Shown here: piece after piece, positions 16,825 through 26,083 of the stretch
How the letters are laid out: each line of letters begins with the position of its first letter
Position numbering within the stretch: the stretch's first letter is position 1
Origin: Patescibacteria group bacterium
Lineage (GTDB): Bacteria; Patescibacteriota; Minisyncoccia; Phycocordibacterales; UBA2100
Assembly: GCA_015485505.1 (NCBI GenBank)
Contig: WFTK01000004.1
Coordinates: forward strand, 1-33,317
DNA: 33,317 nt
Direction: 5' to 3'
Position numbers and translations under genes: made by a program
The notes under the pieces: generated by a model
Seen by the model: only the letters and a program-made list of their open reading frames with translations
Database searches by the model: none
What the model was told of the DNA's origin: nothing

Positions 16825-18717
16825 TTACTCAATATTGATCTTAACCTCAAATTGCGGTTGGAGACTTTTTAATACATGCAGTAGTTCTTCGTCAGGCCAT
16901 TTTTTATAATCTACTCTTATAAGTGCATGTAAAGCAAACTTTGTAGGGCTTAATCTTTGAAATTGCTTAAACACTCTTGGTCCATAGGGCTCTAATTTAG
17001 GTATAACTTTTTGAAACTCTTCTATAATCCGTTTTTTAGTACCAGTGGCCGTTATCTTGATCATAGTAGTATATGGCGGGTATTTAAGAGCTTTACGTAG
17101 TGCAAGCTCTTGCCTTATAAAGTCAGAGATGTCTCCAGAGACAGCCATAGTTATAGCTGCTCTCTGCGGCATACGAGTTTGTATGTAGAGTGAGTTTTTA
17201 GCCAACTCCTTTAACTTAATTAACATAGAGAAGACCCGTTCATCTATGTTAAAGCTTGGCACAGAGAGCATTGAGTCTATAGACACTACTACAGCCGAGT
17301 CCACCTCTTCAATAAATGGCAGTACGATACTAGTTGCCAAGAGCAAGCCTCCTTTGGTATCAAATTCGTGTAAGGCCTTTTTAATAGCGGAGTCAGTCTT
17401 TGTCGTCTTTTTGTCTATTCTTATTATATTTGTTTTTTTATATAGCTTCTTTAATTCATCTTCTACAAGCTCTATACCTATGCCAAGAGTATCAAGTCTC
17501 CAGCTGTTGCAGTAGCTACATGTAGTATCTGAGTCTGTTGTTAAACCGCATTTGTTACATAAGAACTCTCTGGTAGTGTCAGAGTTTTTATATAGGGTTA
17601 ATGGTGTATCACACTTAGTGCAGGTTACAGCGCTGTTGCAGTCTCTACATATTGTTATAGGAGCTAAGCCACTGCGTTGTGTGAGCAGGAGTACACGTTT
17701 TTTGTCTTTTATACTCTTAGATATATGTTGTTTTACAGTTTCGTCTAATATTTCAAAACTCGTGTTTTTTTTATTTTTTATCTTAGTTTCTGACTTTTTA
17801 ACTCGTGTATCTATTATTTTTACTCTAACCTTAGAGCGTTGCCGAGTTGAGAGAGGGGCAAGCTCACATACCTCACCATTACGCATTGCTAAGCTGGTTG
17901 CCATCGAGAGAGTTGTATCGGCTAATATAAGCTTAACACGCATAGCCTTAGCATACTCAGAAATAAACTTAGCCAAGTTGATATAAGGCCTCTTGAGAGT
18001 GTTATATGCTATAGAGCTCTCCTGTTCTATTATAATCGTGCCTAAGTTATGTACATTAAGAGATGCAAATTTTGGAGTTGTTATAAGTAGTTGTGCAGAG
18101 GTTGAGTTAGTTGCAGTAGTAATTATCTTTTGTAGTTTAGGTTTGCTAACCTTACTACTAAGTAGGTGAGTCCTGTCTTCAATACCGGGTTGCAATTGTA
18201 TACATAGTCTTTCTGCGGTTATCACATTGGGGGCTACTATAATCACAGATTTGTTACGTGCTAGAGACTCACGCGCGGTATTTTTATATACAGTTATTCT
18301 CTCTAAGAGAGGCGCTTGTAGAGCATAAGCATCATGTACGTGTTTTTTAAAGGCGTCTATCTCAGTTTTTTGATTAAGATCTGGACAAGAGAGCATAACA
18401 CTAGAGGTGGCAGAGGCAATTACAGACCCTGTAGTTGTTGCATAATATTTAGCAATAATATTAGCTGCCTTAATAAATGCCGGAGTTAATACCTCTCTAG
18501 TACTAGTTGCCTCTAGGCGTTTTAATGCAAAGTTATTACCACGCAGTATGGCTTTCATATCTGATGCATCGGCACTGTCAACGACAAGTGTTGGCACATT
18601 TTTATTGCGTAGCTTTACGTCTACTACAGAGCCCAAGGGTATATCCTTGAGAGAGAAGTAGGTTAACTCGCCTAATTGCTGATTATGAGTAATTGGTAAT
18701 ACAGTCAAGACCTTCAT
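16825..18717 (-). CDS. priA: Primosomal protein N' (PriA) with degenerate helicase motifs
   Basis: N-terminal LTY...GSVVDV 3'-binding domain, four CxxC pairs, GIGIELVEDEL, RID, IQTR and R..LKYPPY. No recognisable Walker A. Confidence 0.88.
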   Translation of the reverse strand: MKVLTVLPITHNQQLGELTYFSLKDIPLGSVVDVKLRNKNVPTLVVDSADASDMKAILRGNNFALKRLEATSTREVLTPAFIKAANIIAKYYATTTGSVIASATSSVMLSCPDLNQKTEIDAFKKHVHDAYALQAPLLERITVYKNTARESLARNKSVIIVAPNVITAERLCIQLQPGIEDRTHLLSSKVSKPKLQKIITTATNSTSAQLLITTPKFASLNVHNLGTIIIEQESSIAYNTLKRPYINLAKFISEYAKAMRVKLILADTTLSMATSLAMRNGEVCELAPLSTRQRSKVRVKIIDTRVKKSETKIKNKKNTSFEILDETVKQHISKSIKDKKRVLLLTQRSGLAPITICRDCNSAVTCTKCDTPLTLYKNSDTTREFLCNKCGLTTDSDTTCSYCNSWRLDTLGIGIELVEDELKKLYKKTNIIRIDKKTTKTDSAIKKALHEFDTKGGLLLATSIVLPFIEEVDSAVVVSIDSMLSVPSFNIDERVFSMLIKLKELAKNSLYIQTRMPQRAAITMAVSGDISDFIRQELALRKALKYPPYTTMIKITATGTKKRIIEEFQKVIPKLEPYGPRVFKQFQRLSPTKFALHALIRVDYKKWPDEELLHVLKSLQPQFEVKINIE

Positions 18718-18747
18718 AGGTGTGTATTATAGCACACCAAACCTATC

Positions 18748-18772
18748 AACAGCGAGGCCTTGCCTCGCTGTT
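18748..18772 (-). repeat. REP palindrome copy 1 (upstream of RAYT, inverted)
   Basis: AACAGCGAGGC-CTT-GCCTCGCTGTT, the reverse complement of the two intragenic copies. Confidence 0.85.
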
Positions 18773-18978
18773 CGGGCTCTAATATTATATATCTATGAGT
18801 TATCGTAAAGAAGAGTTATCAAATGGTGAATACTATCATATATATAATCGTGGGATAGATAAACGAGTAGTATTTGAAGATGCACAAGACTTCTTTCAAT
18901 TTTTGCAAATGCTTGATTTATTTAATCATAAAGAGGCTCTTGGAGGGGTAGAAAAGTACAAATATCCAATAAACCTTA

Positions 18979-19003
18979 AACAGCGAGGCAAGGCCTCGCT
19001 GTT
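18979..19003 (+). repeat. REP palindrome copy 2 (inside RAYT CDS)
   Basis: AACAGCGAGGC-AAG-GCCTCGCTGTT, translated as KQRGKASLL. Confidence 0.85.
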
Positions 19004-19260
19004 AGTAGAGGTAGTTGCCTATTGTATAAATGGCAATCATTATCATCTATTATTAAGACAAAAGTCAGACAATGGCATATCAAGACTAATGCAAAAAGTG
19101 GGGACAGGCTATGCTATGTATTTTAATAAGAAGTATCAACGCTCAGGTAGCCTATTTCAAGGTAAATTTAAATCTATACATATTGGTACTGATGAATATC
19201 TAAAGGGGCTTAGTGCTTATATAAATCTCAATAATATAATGCATCAGTCGGTTAAGTCTA

Positions 19261-19285
19261 AACAGCGAGGCAAGGCCTCGCTGTT
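19261..19285 (+). repeat. REP palindrome copy 3 (inside RAYT CDS)
   Basis: Identical to copy 2 and in the same frame (KQRGKASLL). Confidence 0.85.
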
Positions 19286-19544
19286 GTATCGGAGTTCTTG
19301 GTGGGAGTATGGCGGAGTAAAGGAGAGTGGAGCATTTCACCAGATTTGTGATACAAGTGCCATACTTAAAGCATTTAATACTAAGCAAGATTATTTGCGC
19401 TTTGCAAAAGAATATGTGAATAATATAGTAAAAATGAGACAAGATAAGCTCGAATTAGGTGATGATAGAGAGTTGTTTTTAGAATAATTTGATACTTAAA
19501 AAATGGCTTCTCTTAGTTTATAAATCTCTGGTATAATAGTACAT

Positions 19545-21095
19545 ATGACAGATAAGATTAACTATTTTGCAATGACGGATGTGCGTGGCAAGCATACAGC
19601 CTTTGGCATTAAGCCCGAGGACAGGCTTAGGCATATGTATGTTATAGGTAAGACGGGTATGGGTAAGTCTACAATGCTAGAGAATATGGCGATACAAGAC
19701 ATCCAAAACGGCGAGGGTATGTGCTTTATAGATCCGCACGGCTCAGCAGCAGAGAAGCTACTAGACTTCATACCGCAAGATCGTATAGATGATGTGCTCT
19801 ACTTTGCACCATTTGATATTGATTATCCTATAGGCTTTAATGTTATGGAGGATGTTGGCTTTGATAAGAGGCACTTGGTAGTAGCTGGGCTTATGAGCTC
19901 CTTCAAGAGGGTGTGGGTAGATGCTTGGAGCTCTAGGATGGAGTATATATTGCAGAATGTGCTACTGGCCTTACTTGAGTATCCAGACTCTACACTTGTA
20001 GACATTAATAGGATGCTTATTAATAAAGAGTTCCGCAATAAGGTGCTAGACAGGGTCACCGACCCTATGGTGCTTGAGTTTTGGAAGGTGGAGTTTGCCG
20101 GGTATACAGACAGATATGCACAAGAGGCAACGCCAGCTATACAAAACAAGATTGGGCAATTCGTAGCTAATCCACTTGTGCGTAACATTATAGCCCAGCC
20201 CGACTCAGCCTTTGATATGCGCAAGTTAATGGATGAGAAGAAGATATTTATAGTCAACCTATCTAAGGGTCGCATGGGAGAGCAAAATGCAGATCTAATA
20301 GGCTCTATGCTTATAACTAAGATGTATCTAGCCGCCATGAGTCGGGCAGAGGAGACGGCAACTGATATGGAGGCACTACCGCCATTTTACTTGTATGTAG
20401 ATGAGTTCCAATCGGTTGTTAACGACTCCTTCGCTAATATACTCTCCGAGGCGCGTAAGTATAAACTCTCTTTAACAATAGCTCACCAATACGCCTCTCA
20501 GATGGAGGATAATATTAAAGATGCCGTATTTGGTAATGTTGGTACTACGGTTACATTTAGAGTTGGTCCATTTGATGCTCAAGAGCTCGAGACTCTATAT
20601 AAGCCGACATTCTATGCAGACAATATAGTGAACCTTGGTTTTGCCCAGATATACTTAACCTTAATGATAGACGGTATAGGGTCTAAGCCCTTCTCTGCAC
20701 GCACTATAGAGCCTATTAACACACCTAAGGTGACCTTCTATAACGACATAATAGACAACTCTCGTAAGAGATACTCCAGGCCACGTAAGGAGGTAGAGGC
20801 ATTTATAGAGAAGATGGGTATAACCCCTGGTAGGACATCTAAGAAGAAGATTAATAGCTCTAGTAAAACTAAAGCATCAACACCTAAAGCAAATAATAAC
20901 CCTAAGCAGGTGGTTAAAACAACTACTAATATAAAGAAGAGTGACACCAAGAGTGCAAAGAAAGTAAAGTCCGACTTAGCAGCAGCTATACAAAAGGTCA
21001 AAGCAGAGTCTAAGAAAAATTTAGAGACTAATAACAAGTCAGAGAGCCCTAAAGAGGTGCCTGAGTCTGTACTAAGAGAAGTATTAGAGAGTTAA
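19545..21095 (+). CDS. Type IV coupling protein-like (TraD/VirD4/HerA superfamily) ATPase with Lys-rich tail
   Basis: RHMYVIGKTGMGKST Walker A, FIDPHG, LYVDEFQ Walker B, and SEARKY...AHQY. Confidence 0.85.
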   Translation: MTDKINYFAMTDVRGKHTAFGIKPEDRLRHMYVIGKTGMGKSTMLENMAIQDIQNGEGMCFIDPHGSAAEKLLDFIPQDRIDDVLYFAPFDIDYPIGFNVMEDVGFDKRHLVVAGLMSSFKRVWVDAWSSRMEYILQNVLLALLEYPDSTLVDINRMLINKEFRNKVLDRVTDPMVLEFWKVEFAGYTDRYAQEATPAIQNKIGQFVANPLVRNIIAQPDSAFDMRKLMDEKKIFIVNLSKGRMGEQNADLIGSMLITKMYLAAMSRAEETATDMEALPPFYLYVDEFQSVVNDSFANILSEARKYKLSLTIAHQYASQMEDNIKDAVFGNVGTTVTFRVGPFDAQELETLYKPTFYADNIVNLGFAQIYLTLMIDGIGSKPFSARTIEPINTPKVTFYNDIIDNSRKRYSRPRKEVEAFIEKMGITPGRTSKKKINSSSKTKASTPKANNNPKQVVKTTTNIKKSDTKSAKKVKSDLAAAIQKVKAESKKNLETNNKSESPKEVPESVLREVLES

Positions 21096-21096
21096 T

Positions 21097-22578
21097 ATGT
21101 TTAAGTGGCTGAGTGTTATTGTACTGGCTGTAGCTATCTCACCAGTAGTCGCTCTTGCTAATATACAGATTGTATATGTAGAGTGTAACCCTGTCGGCAG
21201 TGATGCCGATGGTGAGTATATTAAGATTAAAAATATTGGCAGCGAGAGTGTAGACCTAACAGGGTGGAAGCTTAATGATGGTTCAAATCACATTATCAAT
21301 GCACCACCTAAGAACGGTGGCAAGGGCAGTCTCATATTACCGTCTGGAGTTACGGCAGTGTTGGCCAATAAGGCCGATAAGATCTCTATAGATAATCCAA
21401 TAATATTAGATACTACAATGTCATTATCTAATAAGGGTGACACGATTAAACTGCTAGATCAAGATAAGAACGAGGTAGCATCAGTCACATATACAGAAGG
21501 TCAGGTAGTAGAGGGAGGCTCGTGTATAAATAGTGCCCCATCGTCAAGCTCTACAGGTGAATCCTCAAGCTCTAGCAATAACACCACAACAGTACGTGAG
21601 ATTACCAAATATCGCACAGTAGAGATACAGCCACCCCAAGCAATACATATACGCCCTATGCCAGAGATAACCTCGCTATTAGGAGGTACAATCAGCATTA
21701 ACCCAGAGGTATACGACGCCACAGGCAAGATAGTACCAGATGTCTCTTGTGAGGTAACTTTTGGTGATGGTTCACTTAGCAAGTCCTGTAAGGCTAAGCA
21801 TATATATGAGTATATAGGAGAGTACATAGTCAATGTTGAGGCCTCCAAAGGAGTATTAAATGATAAAACCCAGTTTAAAGTTAAGGTGGTAGAGCCACAG
21901 CTCTCAGCTACAGTGAGTGAGGGCAGAGATTATGTGGAGTTGCATAACTATGCTCAGAAGGATGTAGAGTTAAATGGCTGGAGTCTGCAGGTAGGTTATA
22001 GGCGTTTTAACATCCCTAGTGGGACGTTAATATTAGCCAATTCATCTATTAAGATTCCAGAGAGCGTGACGAAGATTAATCTCAAGAGAGTAGGGGGTAA
22101 TGCAGAGTTGCGTAATGTGTTTAACAAGACGGTTAATTATACTCAGCCAATTAATGAACCCGTATCCTCACTAAGACAGGATAGTAATTCTAAACCTGAG
22201 GAGATAGTAGCACCATCAATTACAGACCCTATTGAAGATATTATAAACATGCAAGATGATACTAAGTCACTTACAAGAAGTATTATTGGGGCAGTCATTG
22301 AGTCTAACGAGGCGGTAGAGCAACGGGAGAGCAATGTTGCGCCGGTTCCAATAGAAGCTCAAGCTATGGTAGCGAGCGCCAATACAGTATCAGAGAGTAT
22401 AGTTAATATTGAGGGAGGAGATAGAGGTATGACTAAATGGCTGTTGGCGGTCGGAGCGCTGATACTATTAGGTTTGGTGCCACTATTTGTAGGTAAGGAG
22501 CATAGAGCTGACACTACAATGAGTGAGGTAAAAGATGACGATGAAAGTGCCAACTTTACAATTACGCAAGTCACTTAA
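21097..22578 (+). CDS. Surface protein with lamin-tail and PKD-like domains
   Basis: Signal peptide. EYIKIKN...VDLTGWKL and YVELHN...VELNGWSL (lamin tail). TFGDGS...HIY...GEYIV (PKD). C-terminal TM helix. Confidence 0.8.
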   Translation: MFKWLSVIVLAVAISPVVALANIQIVYVECNPVGSDADGEYIKIKNIGSESVDLTGWKLNDGSNHIINAPPKNGGKGSLILPSGVTAVLANKADKISIDNPIILDTTMSLSNKGDTIKLLDQDKNEVASVTYTEGQVVEGGSCINSAPSSSSTGESSSSSNNTTTVREITKYRTVEIQPPQAIHIRPMPEITSLLGGTISINPEVYDATGKIVPDVSCEVTFGDGSLSKSCKAKHIYEYIGEYIVNVEASKGVLNDKTQFKVKVVEPQLSATVSEGRDYVELHNYAQKDVELNGWSLQVGYRRFNIPSGTLILANSSIKIPESVTKINLKRVGGNAELRNVFNKTVNYTQPINEPVSSLRQDSNSKPEEIVAPSITDPIEDIINMQDDTKSLTRSIIGAVIESNEAVEQRESNVAPVPIEAQAMVASANTVSESIVNIEGGDRGMTKWLLAVGALILLGLVPLFVGKEHRADTTMSEVKDDDESANFTITQVT

Positions 22579-22720
22579 CAGTAATTAGATAACATACAAA
22601 AAGCCCGCCATAAGGCGGTCTATTTGCATTTTCGTTAAGCTATCACCTTAGTGACACTCACAAACATTATGCCACGCAGTACAGTTTTGTGCAAGTAGAG
22701 ATTACTGCTATACTACAGCT

Positions 22721-22799
22721 GTCGTTATCAGAGCGGATGGCGGCGGCACTCACTATTTTCGTTTTGGAGCTAGCACCCGTCATCCGCTCTGGTTGTGAC
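22721..22799 (+). ncRNA. Long hairpin in the secA leader (candidate cis-element or small RNA)
   Basis: 23-bp stem 22721-22743/22777-22799 with four G:U pairs and one mismatch, starting just downstream of TG-C-TATACT (22706-22714). Confidence 0.55.
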
Positions 22800-22810
22800 C
22801 AATACATAAT

Positions 22811-25372
22811 ATGGCAATTTTAAAAAAGATTTTTGGAGATGAGAACACCAAAGCCTTTAAGAAGGCGTCTTCAGTGTTACCTGCAGTAAATGCTCTTGAG
22901 CCTAAGGTACAGGAGTTGAGTAATGAGGCTCTCAAGGCTAAGACGCAAGAGTTTAAAGAGGCATTAAAGTCGGGCAAGAGCTTAGATGATTTACTGCCTG
23001 AGGCATTTGCTGTAGTGCGAGAGGCAGGCAAGCGTACTCTTGGTATGAGGGCATTTGACGTACAGATTATAGGAGGAGCTGTTATACACAATGGAGACAT
23101 TGCCGAGATGCGCACAGGAGAGGGTAAGACCCTGGTGGCAACACTCCCGGTGTATCTCAATGCCTTAGAGGGTAAGGGTGTACACCTGGTTACAGTTAAT
23201 GATTATCTGGCTAAATTGCACGCTGCCTTAATGGGGCAGGTTTATGCCTCGCTAGGGCTCTCTTTAGGGGTTATAGCAAGTGATGGTTCTTATTTATATA
23301 CTTCAGTAGAGCAAGGAGGTGAGATAGATAAAGATAGAGACACTAAAGGCACATATAAGATTGAAGACGAGCTCTTGGCGCCATGTTCACGTAGAGAGGC
23401 ATATGAAGCCGACATTACATATGGTACTAATAGTGAGTTTGGCTTTGACTACTTGCGCGACAACATAGCACATAGTAAGGATGATTTGCGCCAGCGAGAC
23501 TTCAACTTTGCGATAATAGACGAGATAGACTCTGTACTTATAGATGAGGCACGCACGCCACTTATTATATCAGCTCCGGCAGCAGAGTCCGGGGAGTTTT
23601 ATGCTACATTTGCTAGTATAGCCAAGACGTTAAAGAGAGATGAGGACTACACAGTAGATGAGAAGCTTAAGGCCGTACAGATTAAAGACAGCGGTATAGA
23701 GAAGGCTGAGAAGGCTCTAGGGGTTAATAATATCTATACAGATAAAGGTATTAAATATGTGCACCACCTAGAGACGGCAGTACGCGCTCAAGCCATATTT
23801 ACCAAAGATAAGGACTATGTAGTTAAAGACGGTGAGGTGGTTATAGTCGACGAGTTTACAGGCCGTATGCAGCCAGGCAGGCGCTGGAGCGAGGGTCTGC
23901 ATCAAGCCATAGAGGCCAAAGAGGGGGTAGAGGTACAGAAGGAGTCTCGTACATATGCCTCCGTGACATATCAAAATTACTTTAGGATGTATAAAAAGCT
24001 CGCAGGTATGACAGGTACTGCCACTACAAGCTCAGAGGAGTTTTATAAGGTATATGGACTTAATACTGTTGAGGTGCCTACCAATGTACCGCCTAAGCGT
24101 ATAGATGAGTATGACCTTATATATCAGACCCAGCAAGGCAAGTTTAAGGCTATAGCACGCAAGGTTAAAGAGGTGCATGCCACAGGACAACCAATACTTA
24201 TAGGTACTGCATCTGTAGAGAGTAATGAACTACTTAGTGCATATTTAGATAAGGAGGGAGTAAAGCACGAGGTCTTAAATGCCAAGAACCATGAGAGAGA
24301 AGGTGAGATAATAGCTAAAGCAGGTCGTAAGGGCGCAGTGACGATAGCAACTAATATGGCAGGTAGAGGGGTAGATATTAAACTTGGGGGTCCAGAGGCC
24401 ACAGAGGCCGAAGTAGAGGAGGTTAAGAGGCTTGGAGGTCTCTTTGTGCTCGGTACAGAGCGCCACGAGGCTCGTAGGATAGATAATCAGCTCAGAGGGC
24501 GCTCTGGTAGACAAGGAGACCCTGGTAAGACGCAGTTCTTCGTATCGTTAGAAGATACTCTTATGCGAGTATTTGCCAGTGATCTAATAAAGAATATGAT
24601 GGGTAAGTTTGGCATACCAGAGGATGAGCCAATACAACAAAAGATGATAAGTAGGGCATTAGAGAGTGCCCAGACCAAGATAGAGGGCTTCAACTTTGAT
24701 AGTCGTAAGCAAGTATTAGCTTACGATGATGTGCTCAACAGACAAAGGCAAGCCATATATAAGACCCGTAAGACAATCCTATTAGGAGACAATGAACTGC
24801 TAGACAATGAGATAGATAGACTGTCTCGTCTATCCGAGAGCCCGGAGAATCTACTCAGATTAGCCGAGATGAAGAAGGGCGAGTTAGGAGAGGATGCCTA
24901 CTACAATATGCTCAGAGCTGTATTATTACAAACAATAGATATGCTGTGGGTAGACCACTTAGAGCTTATGGACTATACGCGCCAAAGTGTAAATCTTAGA
25001 GCTTACGGGCAGAGAGACCCATTGATTGAGTATAAGAAGGAAGGTTTAAGATTATTTAATGAGATGGAGTATGCATATGCTACACAAGTTGCTACTCTTG
25101 TAGAGAGGGCACAAGTTGCACCAGTCACAGCTAATCAAAGTAATATAGAATTGTCAGTAGACTCATCTGATGCTGTTAAAGATATTAACAATATACATAA
25201 AAAAGCTCAAGAGATATCCAATACCAATATAGGTACTGATAACTTAAATCTTGATAGTAAAAAGTATGGTCGCAATGATAAGGTTAAGATTACAAATGGT
25301 ACAGAGATTAAAGAGCTTAAGTTTAAAAAGGCTGAACCTCTTTTGGCTACTAATGAGTGGCGATTAGTTTAG
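22811..25372 (+). CDS. secA: Preprotein translocase ATPase SecA
   Basis: MRTGEGKT, VTVNDYLA, IIDEIDSVLIDEARTPLIIS, ATNMAGRGVDI and QLRGRSGRQGDPG motifs. Confidence 0.98.
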   Translation: MAILKKIFGDENTKAFKKASSVLPAVNALEPKVQELSNEALKAKTQEFKEALKSGKSLDDLLPEAFAVVREAGKRTLGMRAFDVQIIGGAVIHNGDIAEMRTGEGKTLVATLPVYLNALEGKGVHLVTVNDYLAKLHAALMGQVYASLGLSLGVIASDGSYLYTSVEQGGEIDKDRDTKGTYKIEDELLAPCSRREAYEADITYGTNSEFGFDYLRDNIAHSKDDLRQRDFNFAIIDEIDSVLIDEARTPLIISAPAAESGEFYATFASIAKTLKRDEDYTVDEKLKAVQIKDSGIEKAEKALGVNNIYTDKGIKYVHHLETAVRAQAIFTKDKDYVVKDGEVVIVDEFTGRMQPGRRWSEGLHQAIEAKEGVEVQKESRTYASVTYQNYFRMYKKLAGMTGTATTSSEEFYKVYGLNTVEVPTNVPPKRIDEYDLIYQTQQGKFKAIARKVKEVHATGQPILIGTASVESNELLSAYLDKEGVKHEVLNAKNHEREGEIIAKAGRKGAVTIATNMAGRGVDIKLGGPEATEAEVEEVKRLGGLFVLGTERHEARRIDNQLRGRSGRQGDPGKTQFFVSLEDTLMRVFASDLIKNMMGKFGIPEDEPIQQKMISRALESAQTKIEGFNFDSRKQVLAYDDVLNRQRQAIYKTRKTILLGDNELLDNEIDRLSRLSESPENLLRLAEMKKGELGEDAYYNMLRAVLLQTIDMLWVDHLELMDYTRQSVNLRAYGQRDPLIEYKKEGLRLFNEMEYAYATQVATLVERAQVAPVTANQSNIELSVDSSDAVKDINNIHKKAQEISNTNIGTDNLNLDSKKYGRNDKVKITNGTEIKELKFKKAEPLLATNEWRLV

Positions 25373-25660
25373 ATCAAACACTATTTTAGTTAATTCAGTA
25401 ACTCTATGCTTTTAAGCTTGTCTTTTTTAGGTGCGTTTTGCATAGTAGAGTATCAGATTTATAAAAGTTTTGATACGTTATAGTCTTCATAAGAGTATTT
25501 TAGAGATATCCGAATCTCATAGATTCTCAATTTGACATGTTCATACATTTGCTAGGGGTGGGTATTTGTATAAAAACTGTTCATATTATTTTTGCATCAT
25601 CAGATTTAATATGGTACTTTTATTAAGTAAAGTATTTATGAGTACTTTGGTATAAAAAGT

Positions 25661-25954
25661 ATGAGTAATTTATATAAAACAAAATTAAATGAAGATATAG
25701 ATGAGTTATTAATGGCTCTAGTGTATTTAGATAATTTAAAAGATATGGATATGTTTGTTACAGATTTACTTACTGAGGGTGAATTAGAGCTTTTAGCTAC
25801 GCGTTGGAAGGCTGTTAGGATGTTATATGCGAGCATACCGTATTCTAAGATAGAGCGGGCAACTAAGATGAGCTCTGCCACAATATCTCGTTTGTCTAAG
25901 TTATTAAAAAAGCGTAATAGTGGGCTAAAAGCCCTACTGTATAATATGTCTTAA
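25661..25954 (+). CDS. TrpR-like (YerC/YecD) HTH protein
   Basis: DLLTEGEL..LATRW..VRML...PYSKI...TKMSSATISRLSK. Confidence 0.85.
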   Translation: MSNLYKTKLNEDIDELLMALVYLDNLKDMDMFVTDLLTEGELELLATRWKAVRMLYASIPYSKIERATKMSSATISRLSKLLKKRNSGLKALLYNMS

Positions 25955-26083
25955 ATGGAGCTAAAATCGCTGTAGTTTATTAAAGCGATGTGTCTGATTA
26001 TGTAGTATCCATTGCTAATATAATTCTACCTGTATAAAAATTTACTTGCGTTACGTAAGTGATGAGTGTAGAGTTAGATTAAT

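Larger units (their letters stand above)
18795..19487 (+). mobile_element. REP-associated tyrosine transposase (RAYT, IS200/IS605 Y1 HUH family)
   Basis: YYHIYNRG, AYC...NHYHLL (HUH), YFNKKYQRSGSLFQGKFKS and YINLN (catalytic Tyr helix). Associated palindromes. Confidence 0.88.

Noticed and set aside
18748-19285. Palindromic repeats as a CRISPR array
   Set aside because: Spacing is over 200 bp and irregular, one copy is inverted, the copies lie in a transposase gene, and there are no cas genes.
19545-21095. Conjugative element
   Set aside because: No relaxase, VirB4 or mating-pair genes nearby, and the gene sits among core genes.
22721-22799. SRP RNA or 6S RNA
   Set aside because: It lacks the SRP helix-8 motif and is too short for 6S, with no central bubble.
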